Assembly: GCA_965226245.1 (NCBI GenBank)
Contig: CBDDCL010000015.1
Coordinates: forward strand, 1,926,632 to 1,990,631
Direction: 5' to 3'
Origin: Bryobacterales bacterium
Lineage (GTDB): Bacteria > Acidobacteriota > Terriglobia > Bryobacterales > UBA6623
DNA: 64,000 nucleotides
Part shown: positions 17,668-27,118 of the stretch, piece after piece
Position numbering within the stretch: position 1 is the stretch's first letter
Layout: each line of letters starts with the position of its first letter
The notes under the pieces: model-generated
The model's database searches: none
The model's input: only the letters and a program-made list of their open reading frames with translations
What the model was told of the DNA's origin: nothing
Program-made: the position numbers and the translations under genes

Positions 17668-18978
17668 ATGGCAGAGCAGAACGGCAAGGTCGACCGGCGG
17701 ACGCTCCTCAAGATGATGGGCGCGGCCGGTGCGTCGGCGACGGTGATTTCCACGTGCGGGACATCGGCCGAAATCAGCGGCCAGGGGCTGACCGGAGCAA
17801 AGTTTGACAAGAGCGTCCAGCTCGCTACGGCCGGTCCCGGCGGGGACAAGAATTGGCAGCCGGGATACGCGCTTAAGTTTCTGCCCCCGGAAGACATTCC
17901 CACGAGCGGGAAGGCGTCGGACACGCTGGCCGGCGCGCCCAAGGAGAAACTGCTGAACTTCTACCGGCTCATGAGCACGAGCCGCAAGTGGGAAACGACA
18001 ATGAAGGACCTGTTTCTCGCGGGTGAGGACGGCCTCTACGGTGCATTCCACACCTATGTCGGCGAGGAAGCGATAGCAGTCGGCGTGATGGGCGCGCTCA
18101 ATGACGACGACTACATCGCCAGCACTCACCGGGGCCACGGACACTTGATCGCCAAAGGCGGCGATCTGAACAAGATGTCCGCCGAGATCTTCTTCAAGGA
18201 GACCGGCTACAACAAGGGTTACGGCGGCTCCATGCATATCACCGACATGTCGAAAGGCATCATGGGCATGAACGGCATCGTGGGGGCCAGCTTCTACATG
18301 GCGGCGGGCGCGGCATTGCGCGGAATGGTGCGCGGAACGAAGCAAGTCGGCGTGGCGTTCTTCGGTGACGGCGCGGCTGCCTCGCCTTATTACTTCAGCG
18401 CCGTGCGGAGCTGCAAGAACCAGAACATCCCGGTGATCTTCGTCAACGAGAACAACTTCCAGTACATGTCCAATCCGGTGGCGAATACGGCGCCGACCAA
18501 ATACATTTCCGAGTACACCAAAGGCCTGGACATCCCGCACTACACAGTGGACGGGAACGACATCTCGGCCGTCTATGCCGCTACGCAGGAGGCAGTTGAC
18601 ATAGCGCGAGCGGGCAAGGGACCGAGTGTGATCGAAGGGTTGACCTACCGCTGGTACGACCACAGCGGGTTCGCGGGCGCCAGAGCCGGCCAGGACGGGG
18701 CGCTCGGCCTTCCGTACCGCACGGACGAAGAGGTTCGCGCCTGGATGACGAGGGACCCCATCGCCCGCTACAAGCGCTGGCTGCTGGCGCAGGATCTTGC
18801 CGCCGAAGAGGAATTGTCGGAAATCGAGTCGGCCGCCCAGGCGGCGGTCGATGCCTCGGTCGAATTCGCGCGCCAGGGCAGACACCCTGACCCCGAGGCA
18901 GGGGTGATGCACACCCAGGTGGAGGGTCCGGTGATGGCAACCCAGTTCTATAACCGCCGGAACGTCGTGAATACCTAA
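17668..18978 (+). CDS. TPP-dependent 2-oxoacid/acetoin dehydrogenase E1 alpha-like subunit with twin-arginine signal
   Basis: GGGAGG lies 9 nt upstream of the ATG at 17668. Tat-like DRRTLLKMMGAAGASA. TPP motif GDGAAASPYYFSAVRSCKNQNIPVIFVNENN. Confidence 0.8.
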   Translation: MAEQNGKVDRRTLLKMMGAAGASATVISTCGTSAEISGQGLTGAKFDKSVQLATAGPGGDKNWQPGYALKFLPPEDIPTSGKASDTLAGAPKEKLLNFYRLMSTSRKWETTMKDLFLAGEDGLYGAFHTYVGEEAIAVGVMGALNDDDYIASTHRGHGHLIAKGGDLNKMSAEIFFKETGYNKGYGGSMHITDMSKGIMGMNGIVGASFYMAAGAALRGMVRGTKQVGVAFFGDGAAASPYYFSAVRSCKNQNIPVIFVNENNFQYMSNPVANTAPTKYISEYTKGLDIPHYTVDGNDISAVYAATQEAVDIARAGKGPSVIEGLTYRWYDHSGFAGARAGQDGALGLPYRTDEEVRAWMTRDPIARYKRWLLAQDLAAEEELSEIESAAQAAVDASVEFARQGRHPDPEAGVMHTQVEGPVMATQFYNRRNVVNT

Positions 18979-18998
18979 GGACAAGGGAGAAAACTACC

Positions 18999-19982
18999 AT
19001 GGCCAAGAAATCGTACAATTACGCACAACTCGAAGCCGTTGCACAGGAGATGCGGGCCAATCCAGACATGGTCTTCTTCTATGAATACCAGCGGCCGGTG
19101 ACGACGTCGCCGACCGGAGAGGTGCTCGACCTTGTCAGGGAATTCGGTGAACTTCGCACTTCCGGCCGCGGCTGGCCGATCGATGAGACCTGGATTGTCG
19201 GCGCTGCGATTGGCGCTGCAACGGCGGGGTCAAAGGCGATTGCCCGGCTGCCGTCGATGGCACAGATTTTCGCTTTGGAGTACGTCTACAACCAGGCCGG
19301 CAAGCTGCGTGCGATGACGGGCGGCCAGGCGAGTATGCCTTTTGTCTTGTGGGTGGATGGCGCCGGCCGGCGGCGTGGCAGCGCCGGGCAGCACACCGAT
19401 GTGGGCGCCGAGGCTCTCTACGTGAATCTCCCGGGCATCAAGGTCGTCGTTCCGAGCAATGCCTACGACGCCAAGGGCCTGTTAATTACCGCGATTCGCG
19501 ATTCCGATCCGGTGGCCTACATTGACTATCCGGAAGCGAAGTCGGGCGCGCAGCCGGATGTGCCCGACGAGGCTTACGAGATTCCCTTCGGCAAAGCGGC
19601 TGTAAGGCAGAAAGGCCGCCACCTTACTCTCGTAGCCTGGTCGCCGGCTACGGTTGACGTACAAAAGGCATTACCGCAACTCAAAGCGGCAGGTATCAGC
19701 GTCGAGTACATCGATCCGCGGTCACTGAAGCCCCTCGACCTGGAGACTTTGGTCGCCTCGGTCCGCAAGACGCGGCGGCTGCTGGTCGTCGAGCACGGCC
19801 ACTACACCGGCGGCTTCAGCTCGCACGTGATCGCCGAGGTGGTGCAGGAGGTTCCGGGTATCAAGGCGCGCAAGCTCGCCTTCCCGGATGTCCCTGGTCC
19901 GGGCGCGGCTGGAATGATGGCATGGTTGCGTCCCGATGCTCCGAAGATCGTGGATGCCGCCCAGCAGTTGATGAGGGCGTGA
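18999..19982 (+). CDS. E1 beta-like subunit (transketolase Pyr + C-terminal domains)
   Basis: 327 aa, starting 21 nt after the alpha subunit. Typical beta-subunit layout; no signal peptide. Confidence 0.8.
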   Translation: MAKKSYNYAQLEAVAQEMRANPDMVFFYEYQRPVTTSPTGEVLDLVREFGELRTSGRGWPIDETWIVGAAIGAATAGSKAIARLPSMAQIFALEYVYNQAGKLRAMTGGQASMPFVLWVDGAGRRRGSAGQHTDVGAEALYVNLPGIKVVVPSNAYDAKGLLITAIRDSDPVAYIDYPEAKSGAQPDVPDEAYEIPFGKAAVRQKGRHLTLVAWSPATVDVQKALPQLKAAGISVEYIDPRSLKPLDLETLVASVRKTRRLLVVEHGHYTGGFSSHVIAEVVQEVPGIKARKLAFPDVPGPGAAGMMAWLRPDAPKIVDAAQQLMRA

Positions 19983-19985
19983 CTC

Positions 19986-20084
19986 GGGAGCCAGATTCAG
20001 AGCCCGGAACGCAAGTGACGGGGCCGCGGCGCGTAGCATCCGAGAGCGGACACGCTCTCCTGTTTTGGTTACGGCTGATCCGCG
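19986..20084 (+). repeat. Family B element, long form (~100 nt)
   Basis: GGGAGCCAGATTCAGAGCCCGGAACGCAAGTGACGGGG...GCATCCGAGAGCGGACACGCTCTCCTGTTTTGGTTACGGCTGATCC aligns along its full length with 42441-42540. Confidence 0.8.
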
Positions 20085-20180
20085 TTACGCTAGGAACACG
20101 AACCTTTCCGCCGCCGGGCCTCCGCCGGGCCGGGTAGTCCCCACTGAGGCCGTTTTTTGACATACCCCCGCTGATTCAGC

Positions 20181-20486
20181 ATGCCCCAAGAGCAAACAAC
20201 ACCCCCATCCTGTCCCAAGTGCCACGAAACATTGGCTCCCAAAACAGTCAGGACGACTATTTGGCGGGAGGACCGGGTGGCGATTGTCGAAGACATTCCG
20301 GCTCATGTGTGCGGCTCTTGCATGGAGCAGTTCTACGACGACGACGTCAGTGATGCACTGCGCGGGCTGGTCGAAGAGGGCTTTCCCGCGGAAGCAGCCC
20401 AGAGAGAAATACTTGTCCCTGTGTTCTCGCTGGAGGGACGCATTCGAACGAGGAAGGCCTTGCCCGAGGACTCTTATGTGGACTAA
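20181..20486 (+). CDS. YgiT-type (MqsA N-terminal-like) zinc-finger protein
   Basis: CPKCHE...TVRTTIWREDRVAIVEDIPAHVCGSCMEQFYDDDV matches the YgiT finger pattern. There is no HTH domain and no adjacent toxin. Confidence 0.6.
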   Translation: MPQEQTTPPSCPKCHETLAPKTVRTTIWREDRVAIVEDIPAHVCGSCMEQFYDDDVSDALRGLVEEGFPAEAAQREILVPVFSLEGRIRTRKALPEDSYVD

Positions 20487-20562
20487 TGACGGCCGGAACG
20501 GACCGTGCGCCGAACCGCGGAAAGAAAGCCGAAAAACGTCCGGCGCCCGGCCTTGGGGAGGA

Positions 20563-20985
20563 ATGCTCTCGACGTGGCTCTTGGTTGTTGCCATCATCGC
20601 CGGAGCGCTGCTGGTGCGATGTGGCGACGCCGGCTCGCCCCAGAGTGAAATTGTCGAGCCCGTAACATCATCATCCGAATCTGCCGCCACACAGGCCGCA
20701 TCGCCCGAGCCGGCGACCATCGGCGACCTCTTCCCGGAGGGTCTGGGGCGACAGCTTGTCCTCGACACCTGCGGTGTTTGTCACGCTGTCGCGTGCAGTG
20801 CGATCGGGCAACGACCGGCGGCGCGCTGGGACAACCTGAAGGAGGATCACCGGGACAAGGCGTCAAGCTTGAGCGACGAAGATCTGGAGACCCTCTTTGC
20901 ATACCTAAAAGAGCACTTTAGCGACAGCAAACCCGAGCCCAGAGTTCCCCCGCATTTCTTGGAAGGAGGCTGCACGCCGTTCTAG
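20563..20985 (+). CDS. Small monoheme c-type cytochrome, membrane-anchored or secreted (start uncertain)
   Basis: CGVCH heme-binding motif. Hydrophobic N-terminus MLSTWLLVVAIIAGALLVRC. Paralogous to 21066-21479. An alternative ATG lies at 20476. Confidence 0.55.
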   Translation: MLSTWLLVVAIIAGALLVRCGDAGSPQSEIVEPVTSSSESAATQAASPEPATIGDLFPEGLGRQLVLDTCGVCHAVACSAIGQRPAARWDNLKEDHRDKASSLSDEDLETLFAYLKEHFSDSKPEPRVPPHFLEGGCTPF

Positions 20986-21065
20986 TCCGGTTTCAGCCCG
21001 GTTCAGGCGCGGCGCCCGCGGGGCGAATGCAGCCAAGCGACCGCGCACGGCGGTTAGCGTGAGTC

Positions 21066-21479
21066 ATGATATCCCGGTCCAAGAAAGCGAATCCCTTCAC
21101 ACCTCTGGTTGCGCCCGTTTTCATCTTTTGCCTGGCCTGCGGCGGGCCGGCCCCCTCCGGCGAGCAACCGTCCAAAGAACCGGTTGCCGCAAGTTACGCC
21201 CCGGTCAGAGTCGACCTCGACGCAATCTTTCCGCCGGGACCCGGCCGCGACCTGCTTCTCAACAATTGCCAGACCTGCCACGTCTGGGTTCCCATCGTCA
21301 TCTTGCAGATGGGTCAGAATGCCTGGCGCCGCAATGGCCTGGAGCACCGGGACCGCGTGGAAGCGCTCAGCGACGAGGAATTCAAGGTCCTCTACGACTA
21401 TCTGTCGTCCACCTTCACGCCAGACCGCCCCGTGCCAACGCTGCCGCCAGGCCTGCTCGAGGCGTGGACGACGTATTGA
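21066..21479 (+). CDS. Small monoheme c-type cytochrome lipoprotein
   Basis: Lipobox-like FIFCLACGG and a CQTCH motif. It is alignable with the upstream paralog (..L.DEE...L..YL...F..D.P.P..PP). Confidence 0.6.
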   Translation: MISRSKKANPFTPLVAPVFIFCLACGGPAPSGEQPSKEPVAASYAPVRVDLDAIFPPGPGRDLLLNNCQTCHVWVPIVILQMGQNAWRRNGLEHRDRVEALSDEEFKVLYDYLSSTFTPDRPVPTLPPGLLEAWTTY

Positions 21480-21761
21480 CCAGCATCGGCGGCGTGGCCG
21501 TAAGTACTGCCCGGGCAGGGAGCGGTCGAACCCGAGCAACCCCGCCGAGCTGCATTGCTTTCGCGGCGAGGCTTCCGATCTAGGAGATTTAATCTCTAGT
21601 CCGCTTGGGCCGCTTAGCTCAATCTCCGCCGCCTAGCCGGTTTTAGCCTGGAAGGATCGCTTTGCCAGCTCTTGTGCAATTGCTTTATTCTTGAGATAGG
21701 ACCGTGTCGTTGAGGGGTTTCCTATTCCGTTGTCATTATTCATGATGCTGGAAGCCGGCAG

Positions 21762-24700
21762 ATGAAGCTCGCTTTCGCACTGCGTCGGCTGTTCAGTGGC
21801 TCCCACCGCGTTGCTCTTCCTCTTGCTGTGTTCCTGCTTGGCGCCTCGCTTGTTTCCGCGCAAACGGCAACCGGCCGTATTTCAGGAACCGTTCTCGACC
21901 CCACGGGAGCGGCGGTTCAAGACGCGCTGATCACCATCCGCAGCGAGTCCTCGGGGGCGAGTTTTTCAGCGCTAACGAGCAGCGCCGGGGGATTCACGGC
22001 GATTGATCTGCCCGCGGGCTACTATGCGGTCGAAGTAGAAGTGCCGGGATTCCGGCGGCACCTGGTCCAAAGCATCAAAGTCGATGTTGCCACGGAAGCC
22101 TCCCTGCCGCCGATTCGCTTGGAGATTGGGGAGATTACCTCTGTCGTCGAGGTCGAGGGTGGCGTGTCCCAGGTGCAAACGACCACCGCGGAGCTGACCT
22201 CGACGGTGACGAGTGGCCAAATCGCTGACCTACCGCTGATCAACCGTGATCCACTGGGTTTGATTCACCTGCAGGCGGGCGTGGTGTCCGCCGGCAGGGC
22301 CGCGACGGCGATCAACGGCCAGCGTACGTCCTTCAGCAACGTCACGCTGGACGGCATCAACATCCAGGACAATTACATCCGCGGCAACGGCCTGGACTTT
22401 CTGCCCAGTCGGACCTTGCTGGATCAAGTTGCCGAGTTCACGATTACTACACAGAATGCCAACGCGGCCGTCAGCGGCGGCTCTTCGCATGTGAGCTTTA
22501 CCACGCCGTCGGGCGGCACTGAATACCACGGCAGCCTCTATTGGCACAATCGCAACTCGGCCCTTTCGGCGGGCGAGTGGTTCAGCAATCGCCAAGGCTT
22601 GCCCAAGCCGTTTTTGAACCAGAACCAGGTGGGCGGCTCGCTCGGCGGGCCAATCATCAAGAACAGGCTGTTTTTCTATACAAACTACGAAGCGTTTCGT
22701 AAGCGGTCCGAGACACTGGGGAACACGCGCATCCTGACAGCTGAGGCGCGCCGAGGGATTTTCCGTTATTTTGACCGAAACGAGAACCTGCAACAGGTGA
22801 ATGTGTTGCGCATGCAGGCCCTGGGGGTCGACCCGGCCGCGAAAGCCGTTTTAGATCGGATTCCCGGCCCCGATCAGATCAACAATTTTGACGTCGGTGA
22901 CAGCGACCGTGACCAACTGCGCAACACCGCAGGCTATCGTTTTCTCGTGCAGAATGATGGGGACCGTGACGCCACGACGAACCGGCTTGACTACGTCATC
23001 TCCGACGAGCACTTGGTTAGCGGTACGTATAAATACAGCCGCGAAGAAGGTGACAGGCCGGACGCAGGAAATGGCTTCCACCGAGTACCCGTGGTCAAGG
23101 ACTTTGGCCACTCGAAGCTCGTTTCCGTGGGCTGGCGGTGGAGCCCAAACCCGCGATGGTCCAATGAGCTGCGAGGCGGATTCCATCTTGCCCCTGGCGA
23201 CTTCCGCACCACCGAGGACCGGGGAGACATGCTGCTCGCTGGTTTCCTCTTCACGAACCCAGTTGTGAACTTCGATCCACAAGGCAGGTACACCGATACG
23301 TTCAACTTCATGAACAACACCGTGCACCAGCGCGGCAACCATTCCTTGCGCTTCGGAGTGCAGACGCAGCAGATCCGCGTGGAAACGTTCAACAGCGGCG
23401 GAACGCTCCCGACGTTTCTGCTCAATATCGAACCGGACAGCCAGTTTGCTCTGGGGACAAGGTTTTCCCCCGGCCGAATTGATTCGAACGATTTCTTTGC
23501 CGCTGAACGTCTACTGGCGACCCTCGGAGGCATCGTCGGCCAGGCAAGACAGACGTTCAACATCACCGACCGTAATTCCGGCTTTGTGCCGCGTTCGGAG
23601 TTCCGGCGCCGCTACAGCCTCGATTCCGTGGCCCTCTACTTCCAGGACGGTTGGCGCGTCACACCGCGCTTCACACTAAACCTGGGCCTACGCTGGGAGT
23701 ACTTTGGGCGGTTCGACGAACGCGACGGGCTGATGCTGAACCCTGTTCCCGGAGCCGGGGGCGTCTTCGACATGTTGCGGTCAGACGCCATCCTCGACTT
23801 TGCCGGAGGCGAAGTGGGAAGGCCTCTTTGGGAAGCCGACCTCAACAACTATGCCCCCAACGTCGGAGTCGCATGGGACCTCTTCGGCGACGGCCGCACG
23901 GCCATTCGGGCCGGTTACAGCATCAACTACGTCAACGACGAAGTGATGCAGGCGGCACAGAACGCCACTCGTGCAAATGATGGCCTCCAAGGGCCGAGAC
24001 GAGAGATCAATCTAGACCTTTTCTTGAGCGGGCCGCTGCTTGAGATCGGAGCGCCGGAGTTCAAGGTACCCCGAAACGTCAGCGAGAATCAGGCACTGGA
24101 TCCCGCTGCGGCGCTTTTCACGATCGATCCGGGCTTGCGCACGCCTTATGTCCAACAGTGGAACTTCGGGATACAGCACGATTTAGGTTGGGACACTATC
24201 TTCGAAGTGCGTTACGTCGGCAATAAGGGTACCAAGCTTCTTCGTGCCTTCGACTTTAATCAGGTGGTTCTCCGCGAGAACGGATTTCTCGACGACTTTT
24301 TGCGGGCGCGGTCAAACGGATTCCTTGCCGAGGCAGCGGACGAGTTCAACCCCGAGTTCAACCCGTCGATTGCGGGTAGCCAGCCTCTAACGTTCTTTCC
24401 GCGGCTGAAAATGGAAGGACTGCTCAGCGACCCGACGTTTCAAAGACTCATCAAGAGAGGCGAGCCGGGGCAGCTCGCATTCCTGTATATATTCAATCGT
24501 TTCACCGAGGGGACAGAGGTCGGTTTTCGCCATAATCGCAATGCTCTGGTAACGGACATGCTGACGAACTTTTCAAACAGCAGCTACCACGCGTTGCAGA
24601 CGGAGGTACGCCGCCGCGCTGCCGAGGGCCTTGTGTTCCAGGCTAACTACAGCTTCTCGAAGGTGCTGACCGACTCCAGCGGCACGCAAGTGCGGTTCGA

Positions 24701-25376
24701 TCCCTTCCTTGACATCGCCCAGCCTGATCTCGAAAGAGCCCGCGCCGAATTTGACCTCAACCACGTTTTCAACCTGAACTTTGTATACGAGCTTCCCTTC
24801 GCAGCCCGGCTTCAAAACAAACCTGGGCTGGAAAAGCTCATCGGAGGCTGGACGATCTCATCGATTTTCACGTGGCAGTCGGGAGCGCCGGTGTCGATCC
24901 TCTCCGGCCGCGGCACCATCAACCGCGTGGGGCGGGGAGAAAACACGGCGGTCTCCAACCTGACCAGGGAGCAACTCGACGAGATCGTTGGCTTCCGGAT
25001 GACGTCCGACGGGCCGTTTTTCGTCGCTGAGAGCGCGATCAACCCGCTCGATGGACGAGGCGTGGCACCCGACAGTGGAGAACCGGAACCCTTCCCAGGA
25101 CAAGTCTTTTTCCACCCAGACTCCGGCGAAGCGGGAACCCTGCAGCGGCGCATGTTCAGCGGCCCTTCCGCGCTGGCGCTTGACTTTGCAGTGAATAAAA
25201 CGACGCGGCTGACTGAGTCGCAATCGGTACGCTTCGGCGCCAGCTTCTCGAACTTCCTAAATCACCCTACGTTCCTCTCCGGTGATCACATTCTCGACGC
25301 CACTCAGTTTGGCCGCGTCACGAGTACCCTGACGGGAGCACGAGTCATCGAGTTGCATTTGCGATATAGCTTCTGA
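21762..25376 (+). CDS. TonB-dependent receptor-like outer-membrane protein with an N-terminal carboxypeptidase-regulatory-like domain
   Basis: 1204 aa with a signal peptide. TGRISGTVLDPTGAAVQDALITI...YYAVEVEVPGF is a CarboxypepD_reg pattern. It is followed by a long beta-rich region ending in an aromatic residue (LRYSF). Confidence 0.8.
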   Translation: MKLAFALRRLFSGSHRVALPLAVFLLGASLVSAQTATGRISGTVLDPTGAAVQDALITIRSESSGASFSALTSSAGGFTAIDLPAGYYAVEVEVPGFRRHLVQSIKVDVATEASLPPIRLEIGEITSVVEVEGGVSQVQTTTAELTSTVTSGQIADLPLINRDPLGLIHLQAGVVSAGRAATAINGQRTSFSNVTLDGINIQDNYIRGNGLDFLPSRTLLDQVAEFTITTQNANAAVSGGSSHVSFTTPSGGTEYHGSLYWHNRNSALSAGEWFSNRQGLPKPFLNQNQVGGSLGGPIIKNRLFFYTNYEAFRKRSETLGNTRILTAEARRGIFRYFDRNENLQQVNVLRMQALGVDPAAKAVLDRIPGPDQINNFDVGDSDRDQLRNTAGYRFLVQNDGDRDATTNRLDYVISDEHLVSGTYKYSREEGDRPDAGNGFHRVPVVKDFGHSKLVSVGWRWSPNPRWSNELRGGFHLAPGDFRTTEDRGDMLLAGFLFTNPVVNFDPQGRYTDTFNFMNNTVHQRGNHSLRFGVQTQQIRVETFNSGGTLPTFLLNIEPDSQFALGTRFSPGRIDSNDFFAAERLLATLGGIVGQARQTFNITDRNSGFVPRSEFRRRYSLDSVALYFQDGWRVTPRFTLNLGLRWEYFGRFDERDGLMLNPVPGAGGVFDMLRSDAILDFAGGEVGRPLWEADLNNYAPNVGVAWDLFGDGRTAIRAGYSINYVNDEVMQAAQNATRANDGLQGPRREINLDLFLSGPLLEIGAPEFKVPRNVSENQALDPAAALFTIDPGLRTPYVQQWNFGIQHDLGWDTIFEVRYVGNKGTKLLRAFDFNQVVLRENGFLDDFLRARSNGFLAEAADEFNPEFNPSIAGSQPLTFFPRLKMEGLLSDPTFQRLIKRGEPGQLAFLYIFNRFTEGTEVGFRHNRNALVTDMLTNFSNSSYHALQTEVRRRAAEGLVFQANYSFSKVLTDSSGTQVRFDPFLDIAQPDLERARAEFDLNHVFNLNFVYELPFAARLQNKPGLEKLIGGWTISSIFTWQSGAPVSILSGRGTINRVGRGENTAVSNLTREQLDEIVGFRMTSDGPFFVAESAINPLDGRGVAPDSGEPEPFPGQVFFHPDSGEAGTLQRRMFSGPSALALDFAVNKTTRLTESQSVRFGASFSNFLNHPTFLSGDHILDATQFGRVTSTLTGARVIELHLRYSF

Positions 25377-25427
25377 GCCGTGCCCCGCTACCTCACCACC
25401 TGGGAATCCAGCGTGCCGCTTTCGATT

Positions 25428-25823
25428 CTATCCGGCCGCGGAACGTTCTGACCCTGTCAGCCAAGAATCGGCAAGGAACGGACTCGGATGCGCTTGTGTT
25501 CTATCACGATCAGGCTGCCGGCGGATCAACTCGCCGGCAAGACTCGGAAGATTAGCTATGAGCAGTTCGGCTTGGCCGTCAGGGCGGCGTGTTACTCCTC
25601 GCCGGAATAGAAGAACTGAGGGCAAAGTATGCCCGCTTTCAGCCAACAGAGTCCCAAAGTCTGCGTCAGCCGATACCACCACCCGTTGTTCGGCCGCTGC
25701 CCGCTCCAGAATGGAACTGTCGGCTGCCGAGTGCATGTCGTAGTCGCGTGTGTGAACCGCGTCGTATCCTGCCAAGCGTTCGGCCACGATCGGAGACAGG
25801 GCGCTATCAATGAAGAATTTCAA
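25428..25823 (-). CDS. DUF5615-type PIN-like toxin (probable frameshift in the 3' end)
   Basis: MKFFIDSALSPIVAERLAGYDAVHTRD...VVVSADADFGTLL is typical of the family. The canonical C-terminus (GSLIVIEHKRIRVRSLPILG*) is readable only in another frame, which ends at 25457. Confidence 0.6.
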   Translation of the reverse strand: MKFFIDSALSPIVAERLAGYDAVHTRDYDMHSAADSSILERAAAEQRVVVSADADFGTLLAESGHTLPSVLLFRRGVTRRPDGQAELLIANLPSLAGELIRRQPDRDRTQAHPSPFLADSWLTGSERSAAG

Positions 25824-26050
25824 TCAGGGACCACAAGTGGCAGCTCTCGCTCTCGCAACGCGTCCGCCGCGAACAGCATGGCCTCTCGAATGTCTTCCAG
25901 CACCAGATCGGGGTAGGCACGAAGAATCTCATCCCGGGACATGTCTTCGGCGATCATGCCGACGACCGTCGCTGCCGGAATACGCATGCCTCGGATGCAT
26001 GGCACACCACCCATCTGCGCGGGATTCACAGTGATGCGAGAGAATTTCAT
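25820..26050 (-). CDS. DUF433 antitoxin-like protein
   Basis: ITVNPAQMGGVPCIRGMRIPAATVVGMIAEDMSRDEILRAYPDLVLEDIREAMLFA is the DUF433 signature. There is a 4-nt overlap with the downstream toxin. Confidence 0.75.
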   Translation of the reverse strand: MKFSRITVNPAQMGGVPCIRGMRIPAATVVGMIAEDMSRDEILRAYPDLVLEDIREAMLFAADALRERELPLVVPD

Positions 26051-26186
26051 ACAAGGCCCGGAGATTCGAACGTCAGGGCCTAGACATAACCCTGTACATT
26101 CTAAACATAGCACCCATGCCAAGAATCCGGCAGGCTGCTAGATCGCTGGACAGTCACTCCCGGCACTGGCGTCGGCCAGCGCCAAA

Positions 26187-26214
26187 GCGTGGACTTCCGT
26201 CCACGCCTCTGTCC
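26187..26214 (-). repeat. Family C hairpin element
   Basis: GCGTGGAC-TTCC-GTCCACGC followed by CTCTGTCC. It lies 68 nt downstream of the stop of the 26282-27118 gene. Confidence 0.7.
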
Positions 26215-26281
26215 AGCCACGTGAAATCTTCTGCCACAGTCCGCAGTGATTCGGCACAACTCGAGCGGAGCGCGCTGAATC

Positions 26282-27118
26282 TTACTTCTGTTCGGGCTCT
26301 TTGGGCTGTTCCGCCGCCGTTTCGTCGATGATGCCGCCGAACTTGATATCGACGTCGCTCTTGAACTGCTTGTAGTCCTCGTACTTGATGATCATTCTAA
26401 TCTTCTGATCACCGCTCTTGAAGTGCAGCGTGTCGTCGCCACGCGTGTAGACGGGGAACCAGTACTTGCCGTCCACCTGGTCGCGGTAGGTTTCAAATCG
26501 CGGGAACTGCTGGTCGTTCTTTTTCTTGAGGATGCCTTCGGCTTTGCCGTCGGTCTTGACGATCTGGAGGTCCTGCTGGTCGACCCAGATCTGCCCGACG
26601 AAATAACGTTCGCCCTTGATCATTTGCTTCGGCTTCACCGAAAAAACGTAGGTGTCGATTTCGTCCACGCGCTGGGGCCCGAGATAGCGGACATTGTAGT
26701 TGGGGAGGTCCTTGTTGGTCATCACGAAGGGCTGCACGGAGCGGATGTCCTCGAGGTCTTCCGGCGTCATGATGATATTTTTGAGGGTCGGCACGGGAGC
26801 GTAGGTGACGCGCTCGGTTCGATCGCCTTTGGCTCCGAAGATGATGTCGGCGACAACGTGGTACCTGCCGCGAATGCCGCCCACTTCGTCGTATTCGAAG
26901 ATTTTTACGGTCTGGCGGTAGGTATAGTTTTCGCGGGCGCGGGCAAACTCGGTCTCCTTGTCGACGAACCGCTTGATAATCTCCTCGACCGGCATCGGCA
27001 GATCGCCTGCCGTGGCAGACTCAGCGGCGCGCAGCGGCTGTGTTCCCAGCGCTAGCCAACAAGGCGCAACAAGCATACAGATAAGAAAGATTGGAGCGAC
27101 GCTTCGCAAGTTGCTCAT
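26282..27118 (-). CDS. Secreted protein, LolA-like / outer-membrane lipoprotein-sorting-like (tentative)
   Basis: Start at MSNLRSVAPIFLICMLVAPCWLALG (signal). Beta-rich, with YFVGQIWVDQQDLQIVK...YWFPVYT motifs that I associate with LolA-like folds. Acidic C-terminal tail. Confidence 0.4.
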   Translation of the reverse strand: MSNLRSVAPIFLICMLVAPCWLALGTQPLRAAESATAGDLPMPVEEIIKRFVDKETEFARARENYTYRQTVKIFEYDEVGGIRGRYHVVADIIFGAKGDRTERVTYAPVPTLKNIIMTPEDLEDIRSVQPFVMTNKDLPNYNVRYLGPQRVDEIDTYVFSVKPKQMIKGERYFVGQIWVDQQDLQIVKTDGKAEGILKKKNDQQFPRFETYRDQVDGKYWFPVYTRGDDTLHFKSGDQKIRMIIKYEDYKQFKSDVDIKFGGIIDETAAEQPKEPEQK

